Assembly (NCBI GenBank): GCA_016875645.1
Contig: VGPE01000001.1
Coordinates: 1-36,174 of the forward strand
Source: Chloroflexota bacterium
GTDB lineage: Bacteria; Chloroflexota; Limnocylindria; Limnocylindrales; CSP1-4
Direction: 5' to 3'
DNA: 36,174 nt
The first letter of the stretch is position 1; every line of letters starts with the position of its first letter. A program made the translations under genes and the position numbers. Shown one piece after another: positions 16,783 to 25,386 of the stretch. A model generated the notes under the pieces. It was not told where the DNA came from. It saw nothing but the letters and a program-made list of their open reading frames with translations, and ran no database searches.

Positions 16783-18024
16783 GTGCCCGATTCGATGAGC
16801 GGTCGACGCCAGCCCCTCGACCCGCACCTTGTCGAGCGCCTCTGGCGGACCCCGGCCCCGAAGCCTGCGTACGACGTCGTCGTCGTGGGTGCCGGAGGCC
16901 ACGGGCTCTCCACCGCGTACTACCTCGCCAAGAACCACGGCATCACCAATGTGGCCGTCCTCGAGCGCGGCTGGCTGGGCGGCGGGAACATGGGCCGCAA
17001 CACGACGGTCGTGCGCTCCAACTACCTGTGGGACCAGAGCGCCGCGATCTACGAGTTCAGCCTCAAGCTCTGGGAGTCGCTCGAGGACGAGCTGGACTTC
17101 GACGTCCTGCTGAGCCAGCGCGGCGTCGTCGCCCTGGCCCACAGCACCCACGACGTCCGCGAGATCAAGCGGCGCGTCAGCGCGAATCACGCCAACGGCA
17201 TCGACGCGGAGTGGCTGGAGCCCGCGGAACTCAAGCGCTTCGTGCCGATCATCAACATCTCGCCCGAGGTCCGCTACCCGGTCCTCGGCGGGTCGCTCCA
17301 GCGGCGGGGCGGGATCGCCCGCCACGACCACGTCGCCTGGGGATACGCGCACGCGGCCGACCGGATGGGCGTGGACATCATCCAGAACTGCGAGGTGACG
17401 GACTTCCTGCGCGACGGCGATCGAATCACGGGCGTCCAGACCACGCGGGGCCCGATCGCCGCCGGCAACGTTGCGCTGGCCGCCGCAGGCCACACCTCCA
17501 CCCTGGCCGACCGGCTGGGCATCCGGCTGCCGATCCAGAGCCACCCCCTCCAGGCGCTGGTGTCGGAGCTGATCGAGCCGTTCCTGGACACGGTGATCAT
17601 GTCGAACACGGTCCACGTGTACGTCAGCCAGGCCGACAAGGGCGAACTCGTGATGGGCGCGGGTATCGATGCGTTCAACTCGTACGCGCAGCGGGGCTCG
17701 TTCCTCATCATCGAGCGGATGCTCGCCGCGGCGATCGAACTCTTCCCGATCTTCTCCCAGGTCCGCGTGCTGCGCACCTGGGCGGGCATCGTGGACGTCT
17801 GCCCGGATGCCTCGCCGATCATCGGGCCGCTGCCGCTCGGGAACCTCTACGTCAACACGGGCTGGGGCACCGGCGGCTTCAAGGCGACGCCGGCCTCGGG
17901 CTGGGTCTACGCACACACCATCGCGACGGGTCAGCCGCACGAGTTGAACGCGCCGTTCCAGTTGGACCGCTTCCGCAGTGGCGCCCTCGTCGACGAGCAC
18001 GGCGCCGCCGGGGTTGCCCACTGA
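16783..18024 (+). CDS. soxB: Heterotetrameric sarcosine oxidase, beta subunit
   Basis: FAD motif '[12 protein letters not shown]' and '[36 protein letters not shown]', closely matching known SoxB proteins. Gene order is soxB-D-A-G. Start is GTG 16783 or ATG 16795. Confidence 0.9.
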   Translation: MPDSMSGRRQPLDPHLVERLWRTPAPKPAYDVVVVGAGGHGLSTAYYLAKNHGITNVAVLERGWLGGGNMGRNTTVVRSNYLWDQSAAIYEFSLKLWESLEDELDFDVLLSQRGVVALAHSTHDVREIKRRVSANHANGIDAEWLEPAELKRFVPIINISPEVRYPVLGGSLQRRGGIARHDHVAWGYAHAADRMGVDIIQNCEVTDFLRDGDRITGVQTTRGPIAAGNVALAAAGHTSTLADRLGIRLPIQSHPLQALVSELIEPFLDTVIMSNTVHVYVSQADKGELVMGAGIDAFNSYAQRGSFLIIERMLAAAIELFPIFSQVRVLRTWAGIVDVCPDASPIIGPLPLGNLYVNTGWGTGGFKATPASGWVYAHTIATGQPHELNAPFQLDRFRSGALVDEHGAAGVAH

Positions 18025-18166
18025 TGCCCGGCGCCCGACGGCCCATGGCTGCGTTGCCGCCTGCGCAGCTTGCTCACGCACGCTCGGGTGCGCTCGCGGC
18101 GCCTGCTCGCGCGAAGCCGGCGCTTGCCCTCGGCGCGCCGGATCGCCGAGCATCGGATTGCGGCAA

Positions 18167-18439
18167 ATGTTGCTGATCAGCTGCCCCTGGTGCGGGCCGC
18201 GCGAAGAGATCGAGTTCCGCAACGGCGGCGAGGCGGGCGTCGCCGCGCCGGAGCCCGACGCCGAGCCGACGACGGACGAGATCTCCGGTTTCCTGTTCTT
18301 CCGGTCGAACCCCAAGGGCTCCTTCCACGAGCGCTGGAACCACAGCCACGGCTGCCGTCGCTGGGTCTCGCTCACCCGCAGCACGATCACCCACGAGATC
18401 GAATCCGAGTCGCAGCCCACCGGGCGGTTCCGGCCGTGA
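18167..18439 (+). CDS. soxD: Sarcosine oxidase, delta subunit
   Basis: 90-aa protein from the verified ATG at 18167: 'MLLISCPWCGPREEIEFRNGGEA...FHERWNHSHGCRRW', the SoxD Zn-binding pattern. Its stop overlaps the soxA GTG (GTGA at 18436-18439). Confidence 0.85.
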   Translation: MLLISCPWCGPREEIEFRNGGEAGVAAPEPDAEPTTDEISGFLFFRSNPKGSFHERWNHSHGCRRWVSLTRSTITHEIESESQPTGRFRP

Positions 18440-21087
18440 GCGGCTGGCGGCTGGCCCACGGCGGCCTCATCGATCGCTCGCGGCCCGTCTTCTTCACGTT
18501 CGACGGTCGCCGGCTGGCCGGATTCTCGGGCGACACGGTCGCCTCGGCCCTGCTTGCGAACGGGGTGGACGTGGTGGCACGGAGCATCAAGCTCGGCCGG
18601 CCGCGCGGCATCGTTGCCGCCGGCACCGAAGAGCCGAACGCCCTGATCGCGGTGGAGCCCGGCCTCGCCCTGCGCCGGGCGACCGAGGTCGAGCTGGTCG
18701 ACGGGCTGGCCGTCCGGAGCGTGTCCGGCCGGGCACCGGCCCCGGCGATCGACGAGACGCCGAGCGAGCACGTCTGGCACCACGCCGACGTGGTTGTCGT
18801 GGGCGCGGGCGCGGCCGGGCTCACCGCCGCCCAGGATGCGGTCGCGGCCGGCGGCCGGGTCGTCCTGCTCGAGGGCGGCCACGCGGCAGGACCCCTGCCG
18901 GACGGGCTGGTGGACGCCGCGGACTTCGTGTTCCTGCCGCGCACCGTCGCCGTCGGGCGGTTCGACTCGAACATGATCGTGGCTCACGAGCGCCGCCGCG
19001 GCACGCCTGGCGCCAACACGGCCGCGCGCGACCGGCTGTGGCACATCCGGGCCCGGGACGTCGTCCTCGCGACAGGCGCCGTGGAGCGGCCGCTGGTCTT
19101 CGCCGACAACGACCGGCCCGGCATCATGCTGGCCGGCTCGGTCGGGGTCTACCTGCAGCGATATGGGGTCGCGGCGGGCCGGCGGGCCGTCGTGTTCACG
19201 GCCAACGATTCGGCCTATGTCGTCGCCCGCGACCTGCAGGCGGCCGGGGTCGACGTGGTTGCGATCGTCGACACGCGGGTCCGGCCGGGTCCGACGGCCG
19301 ATGCCGGCGGCATCGAGGTGCTCTCGGGCCACGTGGTCGCCGGCACGACCGGTGACGAGGGACTGGCCTCGGTGCTGATCGTGCCCCGTGACGGCGATGC
19401 CGACCGGGCGTCACCGACGGTCGTCGAGGCCGACCTCCTCGCCGTGTCCGGCGGCTGGGATCCCGCCCTCCGGCTGCTTGCCCACACGGGCGCGCGCCTT
19501 CGGTACCAGCCGAGCGCCGGCACGTACGGTGTCACGGAGGTCCCGCCGCGCGTCCGCATCACCGGCCTGGCAGCCGACGTCAATGGGGGAGTCGGCGCCT
19601 TTTCGACCCTGGATCCCGTCTGGCTCGTCCCCGCGCCGGACGGTTCACTCGACCGCCACTTCGTCGACCTCCAGCGCGACGCCACCGCCGCCGACATCCG
19701 GCGCGCCGTCGACGCGGGGATGCGCTCGCCCGAGCACGTGAAGCGCTTCACGACGATCGGCACCGGCAACGACCAGGGACGGACCTCGGGCACGAACGAA
19801 CTGGGAGTCCTTGCGGCCCTCCTCGGCACCACGCTCGAGCAGCTGGGGCCCACCACGTTCCGCACACCGCTGGTGCCGATCCCGATGCGCGTCCTGGGCG
19901 GCCCCTATCGCGGCGAGTTGTTCGACCCGGTGCGCACCACGCCGATCCACGGGTCGCACGTCGCCGCGGGCGCCCTCTTCGAGAACGTCGGCCAGTGGAA
20001 GCGTGCCTGGGCCTACCCGCGCGAAGGCGAGTCCTTCGACGACGCCGTGCTGCGCGAGTGCCGCGCGGTCCGCGAGGGCGTCGGGATCATGGACGTCTCG
20101 ACCCTCGGCAAGATCGACGTCCAGGGCCCCGACGCCGGCGCCTTTGTCGACCGCGTCTACACCAACCGGTTCTCGACCCTCAAGGTGGGGTCCTCGCGCT
20201 ACGGGCTGATGCTGCGTGCCGACGGCATGGTCTTCGACGACGGGACGGCGACCCGCCTGGCCGACGACCACTTCCACCTCACCACGACGACCGGCGGCGC
20301 GGCGGCGGTCCTCGACTGGCTCGAGGAGTGGCTCCAGACCGAGTGGCCGGACCTGCGGGTCCGCCTCACGTCGGTCACCGACGAGTGGGCAGGGGTCGCG
20401 ATCGCGGGGCCGAAGTCCCGCGAGCTGCTGGCCCGGCTCGCGCCCAACCTCGATGTCAGCGCCGAGGCCTTCCCGTTCATGACCGTCCGCAACGAGTACC
20501 TATCCGAGCTGCCGGCTCGCATCTTCCGGATCAGCTTCTCGGGCGAGCTCTCGTACGAGGTCTACGTGAAGTCCTGGTACGGCCGCGCACTCTGGGACGC
20601 GATCGCCGCCGCGGGCGCGGACCTGGACGTCACGCCGTACGGCACCGAGGCGATGCACGTCCTGCGGGCCGAGAAGGGCTACGTGATCGTGGGCCAGGAG
20701 ACCGACGGGACCGTGACCGCGGCCGACCTCGGGCTCGACTGGATGCTCTCGAAACGCAAGTGGTTCATCGGCCTTGGGGCGCTCGACCGGCCGCACCTCA
20801 CCCGCCCCGATCGCCGCCAGCTGGTCGGCCTGCTGCCGGACGACCCCGACCTCCACGTCCCGGAGGGCAGCGCCCTGCTGCCGAGCGGCGGACTCGGCAC
20901 GGCCGGCAACGTGACGTCGAGCTATCGCAGCGCAGCACTGGGCCGGACGTTCGCCCTCGGCCTGCTGGCGGGCGGACGCGCCCGGATCGGCAGCCGCGTC
21001 GACGCCCAGGTGGCCGGTTGGAGGGTGCCCCTCGACATCGTGGAACCCGTGCTCTGGGATCCGCAGAACGAGCGGCGCGATGGTTGA
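18436..21087 (+). CDS. soxA: Sarcosine oxidase, alpha subunit
   Basis: GTG at 18436 gives 'VSGWRLAHGGLIDRSRPVFFTFDGRRLAGFSGDTVASALLANG...'. There is a Rossmann segment 'VVVGAGAAGL' and a C-terminal GcvT-like folate-binding domain ('MDVSTLGKIDVQGPDA'). The upstream part of the 1005-aa track ORF overlaps soxD in another frame and is not used. Confidence 0.9.
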   Translation: MSGWRLAHGGLIDRSRPVFFTFDGRRLAGFSGDTVASALLANGVDVVARSIKLGRPRGIVAAGTEEPNALIAVEPGLALRRATEVELVDGLAVRSVSGRAPAPAIDETPSEHVWHHADVVVVGAGAAGLTAAQDAVAAGGRVVLLEGGHAAGPLPDGLVDAADFVFLPRTVAVGRFDSNMIVAHERRRGTPGANTAARDRLWHIRARDVVLATGAVERPLVFADNDRPGIMLAGSVGVYLQRYGVAAGRRAVVFTANDSAYVVARDLQAAGVDVVAIVDTRVRPGPTADAGGIEVLSGHVVAGTTGDEGLASVLIVPRDGDADRASPTVVEADLLAVSGGWDPALRLLAHTGARLRYQPSAGTYGVTEVPPRVRITGLAADVNGGVGAFSTLDPVWLVPAPDGSLDRHFVDLQRDATAADIRRAVDAGMRSPEHVKRFTTIGTGNDQGRTSGTNELGVLAALLGTTLEQLGPTTFRTPLVPIPMRVLGGPYRGELFDPVRTTPIHGSHVAAGALFENVGQWKRAWAYPREGESFDDAVLRECRAVREGVGIMDVSTLGKIDVQGPDAGAFVDRVYTNRFSTLKVGSSRYGLMLRADGMVFDDGTATRLADDHFHLTTTTGGAAAVLDWLEEWLQTEWPDLRVRLTSVTDEWAGVAIAGPKSRELLARLAPNLDVSAEAFPFMTVRNEYLSELPARIFRISFSGELSYEVYVKSWYGRALWDAIAAAGADLDVTPYGTEAMHVLRAEKGYVIVGQETDGTVTAADLGLDWMLSKRKWFIGLGALDRPHLTRPDRRQLVGLLPDDPDLHVPEGSALLPSGGLGTAGNVTSSYRSAALGRTFALGLLAGGRARIGSRVDAQVAGWRVPLDIVEPVLWDPQNERRDG

Positions 21088-21679
21088 GCAGCGGTTCGCC
21101 GACGGCGGCGCCGTCAGCCCGCTCGGAAACCGGACCTTCGATCCGGTCGTCGTCGTCGCGGGCCCAGGCGTCGAGGTGCTCGAGCACTCGTTCACGGACC
21201 AGCTCGACGTCCGGCTGGACCCGGAGCCGGCCGTGCTCGGGGCACTCGGTGACCGGCTGCGCGTGGCGATCCCGGCCGAGCCCAACCGCGTCGGGCGCGA
21301 TGGCCGGCGCCTGGCCCTCTGGCTCGCGCCCGACGAGTGGCTGGTCCTGGACCCCGACAACCTCGAGGACGACGTCGCGCGTCTGACGATGGAGGGCGGC
21401 TGGCCGCCCGACGTCACGTTCGTCGACGTGTCCGCCCACCGGACTCTGCTCGAACTCCGGGGTCGCGACGCGCGCGCCCTGCTCGCCCGGGGCTGCCCGC
21501 TGGACCTCGATCCACGCGTCTTCGGCCCCGATCACTGCGCCCAGACGCTGCTGGCGAGGGTGGACGTGATCCTGTTCCGGCTGGATGGCACCGACGCGTT
21601 CGGCGTCCTCGTGCGGGCTTCGTTCGCGCGGTATCTCGTGGCGTGGCTCACCGATGCGCTGGAGGGGTTCTACGCATGA
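21080..21679 (+). CDS. soxG: Sarcosine oxidase, gamma subunit
   Basis: 199-aa ORF overlapping the soxA stop by 8 nt. The size, position and 'LWLAPDEWLVL...DVSAHRTLLELRG' pattern are typical of SoxG. Confidence 0.8.
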   Translation: MVEQRFADGGAVSPLGNRTFDPVVVVAGPGVEVLEHSFTDQLDVRLDPEPAVLGALGDRLRVAIPAEPNRVGRDGRRLALWLAPDEWLVLDPDNLEDDVARLTMEGGWPPDVTFVDVSAHRTLLELRGRDARALLARGCPLDLDPRVFGPDHCAQTLLARVDVILFRLDGTDAFGVLVRASFARYLVAWLTDALEGFYA

Positions 21680-22092
21680 CAGCACTGGGGTCCCGTTCGC
21701 GGCCGCGTTTCTGGAAGACGACCGACCGCGACGGGGTCCGCGATCGCCCGTCCATCCACGGCGGCGACGGGGTGATCCGCGTCAAGTCGTTCTTCGACGG
21801 CGAGGTCACGACCGGCGTCCATTTCCACGTCTGGGAATTGCCGCCCGGGGCCACGGAGGGCCGCCACACGCACCCCCAGCATGATCCGCGGGACAACTGG
21901 GAGGAGCTCTACTACGTGCTCTCGGGTCGCGGTGTCGCCACGTTCGAGGACGGCAAGGAGGTCCCGTTGGAACCGGGCGATGGGCTGCTGGTCCCGCTGG
22001 ACGTGGACCACGGCCTCGAGAACCGCGGCACCGAGCCACTCCGCATCGTCCTGATGTTCGCCCACCCGGCCGCGCCGAGCGCTTCGGATTGA
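21676..22092 (+). CDS. Cupin-domain protein
   Basis: The ATG at 21676 overlaps the soxG stop (ATGA). Cupin_2 motifs 'PGATEGRHTHP' and 'PGDGLLVPLDVDHGLEN'. 138 aa. Confidence 0.8.
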   Translation: MTALGSRSRPRFWKTTDRDGVRDRPSIHGGDGVIRVKSFFDGEVTTGVHFHVWELPPGATEGRHTHPQHDPRDNWEELYYVLSGRGVATFEDGKEVPLEPGDGLLVPLDVDHGLENRGTEPLRIVLMFAHPAAPSASD

Positions 22093-22308
22093 CGGGGTGC
22101 CGCTGAGCGCGATCCGGGGTCAGGCCCTGGTCGCGAAGCGAGCGCGGACCGGAGCGACAGGGAGGTCAGGACGCCCATGGTGAGATCCCTGGTGGATTGG
22201 GACACCGAGGAAACGGGCGCGGAGGTCATCTGATTTCGAAAACTGCTGGGCCAGTACACCGCGGAGGCCCACATCCTCTCGACCGGACTGGAGCAACCGG
22301 GACAGGCC

Positions 22309-22512
22309 GTGCATCACGAGCGCCTGATGCTCTACCTGTTCGACCACGACACGGCGGGGATGGAGGTTGCCCGGTGGGTCGTCGCACCGGAGCAGGGTGC
22401 GCTGTACGGCGTCACGCAGGGCGACATCAACAAATGGCTTGCCGCCGTACTCGACTGGATCAAGGCACATCCCGCGCAGCCCATGGAATCGCCGGCTGCT
22501 GAGGGAGCCTGA
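22309..22512 (+). CDS. Hypothetical protein (possibly the distal part of a 111-codon frame starting at 22177 and interrupted by TGA at 22231)
   Basis: 67-aa GTG-initiated ORF with no family recognised by eye. The same frame is open upstream to an ATG at 22177 that has a GGGAGG Shine-Dalgarno (22160-22165), apart from one TGA. Confidence 0.4.
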   Translation: MHHERLMLYLFDHDTAGMEVARWVVAPEQGALYGVTQGDINKWLAAVLDWIKAHPAQPMESPAAEGA

Positions 22513-22719
22513 GTCGGAGGAGGGGACGCAATCGCCTCGCCCCCTCGCGTTGGCGCCCGCCCCCCTGGCCATGGTGCTGGGCTCGGACGCAAGACTCCCG
22601 CGCGACACGTACGCGGGAGGATTCAGCGGCCAGCGTCCAGGGGTCCGCGACGTCACACCGGCCGCCGGGTACCAATGGCCGTGGCCCTCCGTGGCCGGGC
22701 GGGTAGAATTGCGGTCCGT

Positions 22720-22794
22720 GGCGGAGTAGCTCAGTGGTAGAGCAGGGGACTCATAAGCCCTTGGTCGGTGGTTCAAATCCGCCCTCCGCTACCA
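22720..22794 (+). tRNA. tRNA with CAT anticodon (tRNA-Met elongator; tRNA-Ile2/lysidine not excluded)
   Basis: Hand-folded cloverleaf. Acceptor GGCGGAG/CTCCGCT (G1-U72). D-stem GCTC/GAGC. Anticodon loop CTCATAA with CAT at 22752-22754. T-arm GGTGG-TTCAAAT-CCGCC. Encoded CCA end. There is an A31-G39 mismatch in the anticodon stem. The 1:72 pair is formed, so this is not an initiator tRNA. Confidence 0.85.
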
Positions 22795-23249
22795 CCTCGC
22801 GCGGTCGCGACGGCGCAGCTCCTCAGAGGGGGCCGGCGCCGCTCGATTTCCACCAGAGAGCCCTCACCGGGCTGGTCGGTGGCGCGGGGAGAGTCTGAGG
22901 GCTCCGATCACGCACGCGCTCGGGCCGGGCAGGGCCCGCGAGACCGCCGTGCAGCCCGGACAGGGCCAGGCGGCGCCGATTCTCGAGGGCGGACGTCGCT
23001 GCGAGCTCGGGCTTCGATCCGCGCCATGAGCGTCGTGCGGCGTTCGATCGCCGTTCGATCGACGGGCGCCGGAACCATCCGATCGGGGGGTCCGTCCGTG
23101 CTGTTGTTGTACGGGTCACGATCCGCGACGGTTGGCGGTGCAACGCCGGGGTGCATTCCGGGGTTCCGTGAGACCCCGACGCTATACTCGGCCGGAAGGC
23201 GCGAATCCGTGGCAGCGGTCGTCGCGCCCGTTCTTCTCCGGAGGCTCGT

Positions 23250-25160
23250 TTGAACGCCAAGTTCTTCCGCAACGGCATCGTGATGCTGGTCCTGGTGGTC
23301 GGCACCGTCGCGTTGCTCTACACGTGGCTGATCCAGGGCACGCCTGGCACGCCAACCGGCTACAGCCAGTTCCTCGCGGACGTCCAGGGCGGCCGGATCG
23401 CGAAGGTCATCCAGCAGGACCAGTCGCTCACCGTCACCTATAACGATGGCTCCACCAAGCTCGTCGTCGTCCCCAGCATCCTCACTCAGGTCTACCAGGA
23501 CATGCAGAACGCGGCCAAGGCGGGCGGCGTCGCACTGAAGCCGGACATCTTCGCCAGTGAGAAGACGGCTGATACCTCGTGGCTCGGCCTGGTGCTGACG
23601 GGACTGCTGCCGGTCATCCTGATCGGCGGCTTCATCTTCTTCATGATGCGGCAGGCCCAGGGCACCAACAACCAGGCCCTTTCGTTCGGAAAGTCGCGCG
23701 CGAGGATGTTCCTGGGCAACAAGACCGTCGTGACGTTCGCCGACGTGGCTGGAGTGGACGAGGCCAAGACAGAGCTCCAGGAAGTCGTCGAGTTCCTCAA
23801 ATACCCCGAGAAGTTCAATTCGCTCGGCGCGCGCATCCCGCGCGGCGTGCTCCTGGTCGGGCCTCCGGGCACGGGCAAGACGCTCATGGCCCGCGCGGTC
23901 GCGGGCGAGGCCGGGGTGCCGTTCTTCTCGATCTCGGGCTCCGAGTTCGTGGAGATGTTCGTCGGTGTCGGCGCGAGTCGCGTCCGCGACCTGTTCGATC
24001 AGGCCAAGCGCAACAGCCCCTGCATCGTGTTCGTGGACGAGATCGACGCGGTCGGCCGCCAGCGTGGCGCCGGCCTCGGTGGCAGCCACGATGAGCGCGA
24101 GCAGACACTCAACCAGATCCTCGTCGAGATGGACGGCTTCGACACGAACACCAACGTGATCGTGGTCGCCGCGACCAACCGCCCGGACGTTCTGGACCCG
24201 GCGCTGCTGCGCCCGGGCCGCTTCGACCGCCAGGTGATCCTCGACCGGCCGGACATGCGCGGCCGTGTCGCGATCCTCAAGGTCCACACCAAGGGCAAGC
24301 CGCTCGACAAGGCCATCGACATCGAAGGCGTGGCTCGCCAGTCACCCGGCTTCTCGGGCGCGGACCTCGCGAACCTCGTCAACGAGGCAGCCATCCTGTC
24401 GGCCCGCCGCAACAAGAAGACGATCGGCATGTCCGAGTTCCAGGAGGCCCTGGAGCGGATCGTTGCGGGCCCCGAGCGCAAGAGCCGCGTCATCAGCGAC
24501 GCCGAGAAGGCGATCATCGCCTACCACGAGGGCGGCCACGCCGTCGTGCAGCGCATCCTCCCCAAGTGCGACCCGGTCCAGAAGGTCACGATCATCAGCC
24601 GCGGCATGGCCCTCGGCTACACGATGGCGCTGCCCCAGGAGGACCGCTACCTCAAGAGCAAGAGCGAGTTCGAGGACCAGATCGCCGGGCTGCTCGGTGG
24701 CAATGCCGCCGAGAAGATGATCTTCGGCGACACCACCACGGGCGCCAGCAATGACATCGAGAAGGCCACCGCGCTCGCACGACGGATGGTCACCGAGTTC
24801 GGGATGAGCGAGAAGCTGGGCCCGCTGTCTTTCGGGAAGCGCGACGAACTGGTCTTCCTCGGCCGCGAGATCGGTGAGCAGCGCAACTACTCCGACGAGG
24901 TCGCCAAGCAGATCGACGAGGAAGTCCGCGCGATCATCGACGGGGCCTACGCCCGGGCGATGGAGACGCTCGTCCGGCACAAGGACAAGCTCACGGCCCT
25001 GGCCGAGAAGCTGGTTGCCGAGGAGTCCGTGGACAGCGAGGAATTCGAGAAGCTCTTTTTCGACATCCCGCCGAAGGAGAACCTGCACGGCGTGGCGCCG
25101 CGGATCGTGGCGCCTGGGGCCCCGACCCCTGCCCCGAGCCCGAACCCGCAGCCGGCGTAA
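23250..25160 (+). CDS. ftsH: ATP-dependent zinc metalloprotease FtsH
   Basis: 636 aa. Two N-terminal TM helices, Walker A 'GPPGTGKT', Walker B 'IVFVDEID', a second region of homology, and the Zn motif 'HEGGH'. TTG start at 23250, with GGAGG (23240-23244) 5 nt upstream. Confidence 0.95.
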   Translation: MNAKFFRNGIVMLVLVVGTVALLYTWLIQGTPGTPTGYSQFLADVQGGRIAKVIQQDQSLTVTYNDGSTKLVVVPSILTQVYQDMQNAAKAGGVALKPDIFASEKTADTSWLGLVLTGLLPVILIGGFIFFMMRQAQGTNNQALSFGKSRARMFLGNKTVVTFADVAGVDEAKTELQEVVEFLKYPEKFNSLGARIPRGVLLVGPPGTGKTLMARAVAGEAGVPFFSISGSEFVEMFVGVGASRVRDLFDQAKRNSPCIVFVDEIDAVGRQRGAGLGGSHDEREQTLNQILVEMDGFDTNTNVIVVAATNRPDVLDPALLRPGRFDRQVILDRPDMRGRVAILKVHTKGKPLDKAIDIEGVARQSPGFSGADLANLVNEAAILSARRNKKTIGMSEFQEALERIVAGPERKSRVISDAEKAIIAYHEGGHAVVQRILPKCDPVQKVTIISRGMALGYTMALPQEDRYLKSKSEFEDQIAGLLGGNAAEKMIFGDTTTGASNDIEKATALARRMVTEFGMSEKLGPLSFGKRDELVFLGREIGEQRNYSDEVAKQIDEEVRAIIDGAYARAMETLVRHKDKLTALAEKLVAEESVDSEEFEKLFFDIPPKENLHGVAPRIVAPGAPTPAPSPNPQPA

Positions 25161-25200
25161 CCCGGCGGCAACCGCGTTCAGTACCGGTCCGACGTCACAC

Positions 25201-25236
25201 GAGGCGGGTCCCGCGAGGGGCCCGCCTCTTCGTTTC
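25201..25236 (+). terminator. Rho-independent terminator downstream of ftsH
   Basis: 12-bp stem GAGGCGGGTCCC / GGGGCCCGCCTC (one G-U pair) with a GCGA tetraloop, followed by TTCGTTTC. Confidence 0.75.
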
Positions 25237-25386
25237 GGGCGTCGGCCGAGGCCCGGCGCATTCCGGCACAGTTGCGCCGATTGCCAGCGAAGGGTGAATC
25301 GCCCGGGAATCGCCCGGTCGTGGTCCCGGCCTGACCACCATTCGCTCCTCGCCCCCGACTTGCGCCCGACCGCGTACCCTGCGCGT

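Noticed and set aside
16687-21685. Large antisense or alternative-frame ORFs across the sox operon (16687-19332 -, 881 aa; 19995-21386 +, 463 aa; 20500-21417 -; 20798-21685 -; 17028-18176 +)
   Set aside because: The soxB/D/A/G frames have clear family signatures and coupled junctions. The competing ORFs have biased composition and no motifs.
22231-22233. Selenocysteine at the in-frame TGA
   Set aside because: There is no neighbouring Cys or redox motif. Only a weak 6-bp stem lies downstream (TGGGCC..GGCCCA), with no convincing SECIS shape. No selenoprotein family is recognisable. It is kept only as a remote alternative.
22720-22794. Initiator tRNA-fMet assignment for the CAT tRNA
   Set aside because: Position 1:72 is paired (G-U) rather than the C-A mismatch of bacterial initiators. 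The three consecutive G-C pairs are not at positions 29-31:39-41. It is called elongator Met, with tRNA-Ile2 not excluded.
22795-23249. RNase P RNA, SRP (4.5S) RNA, tmRNA or 6S RNA in the tRNA-ftsH gap
   Set aside because: The hallmark strings I know are absent: GAGGAAAGTCC for RNase P, GGAAGCAGCC-type domain IV for SRP, and a tRNA-like CCA end plus tag ORF for tmRNA. A partial resemblance 'GGCCGGAAGGCGCG' is too weak.
22908-24287. 459-aa minus-strand ORF antisense to ftsH, and ORFs 24342-25088 (-) and 23999-24517 (-)
   Set aside because: They are antisense to an unambiguous FtsH gene. They are shadow ORFs.
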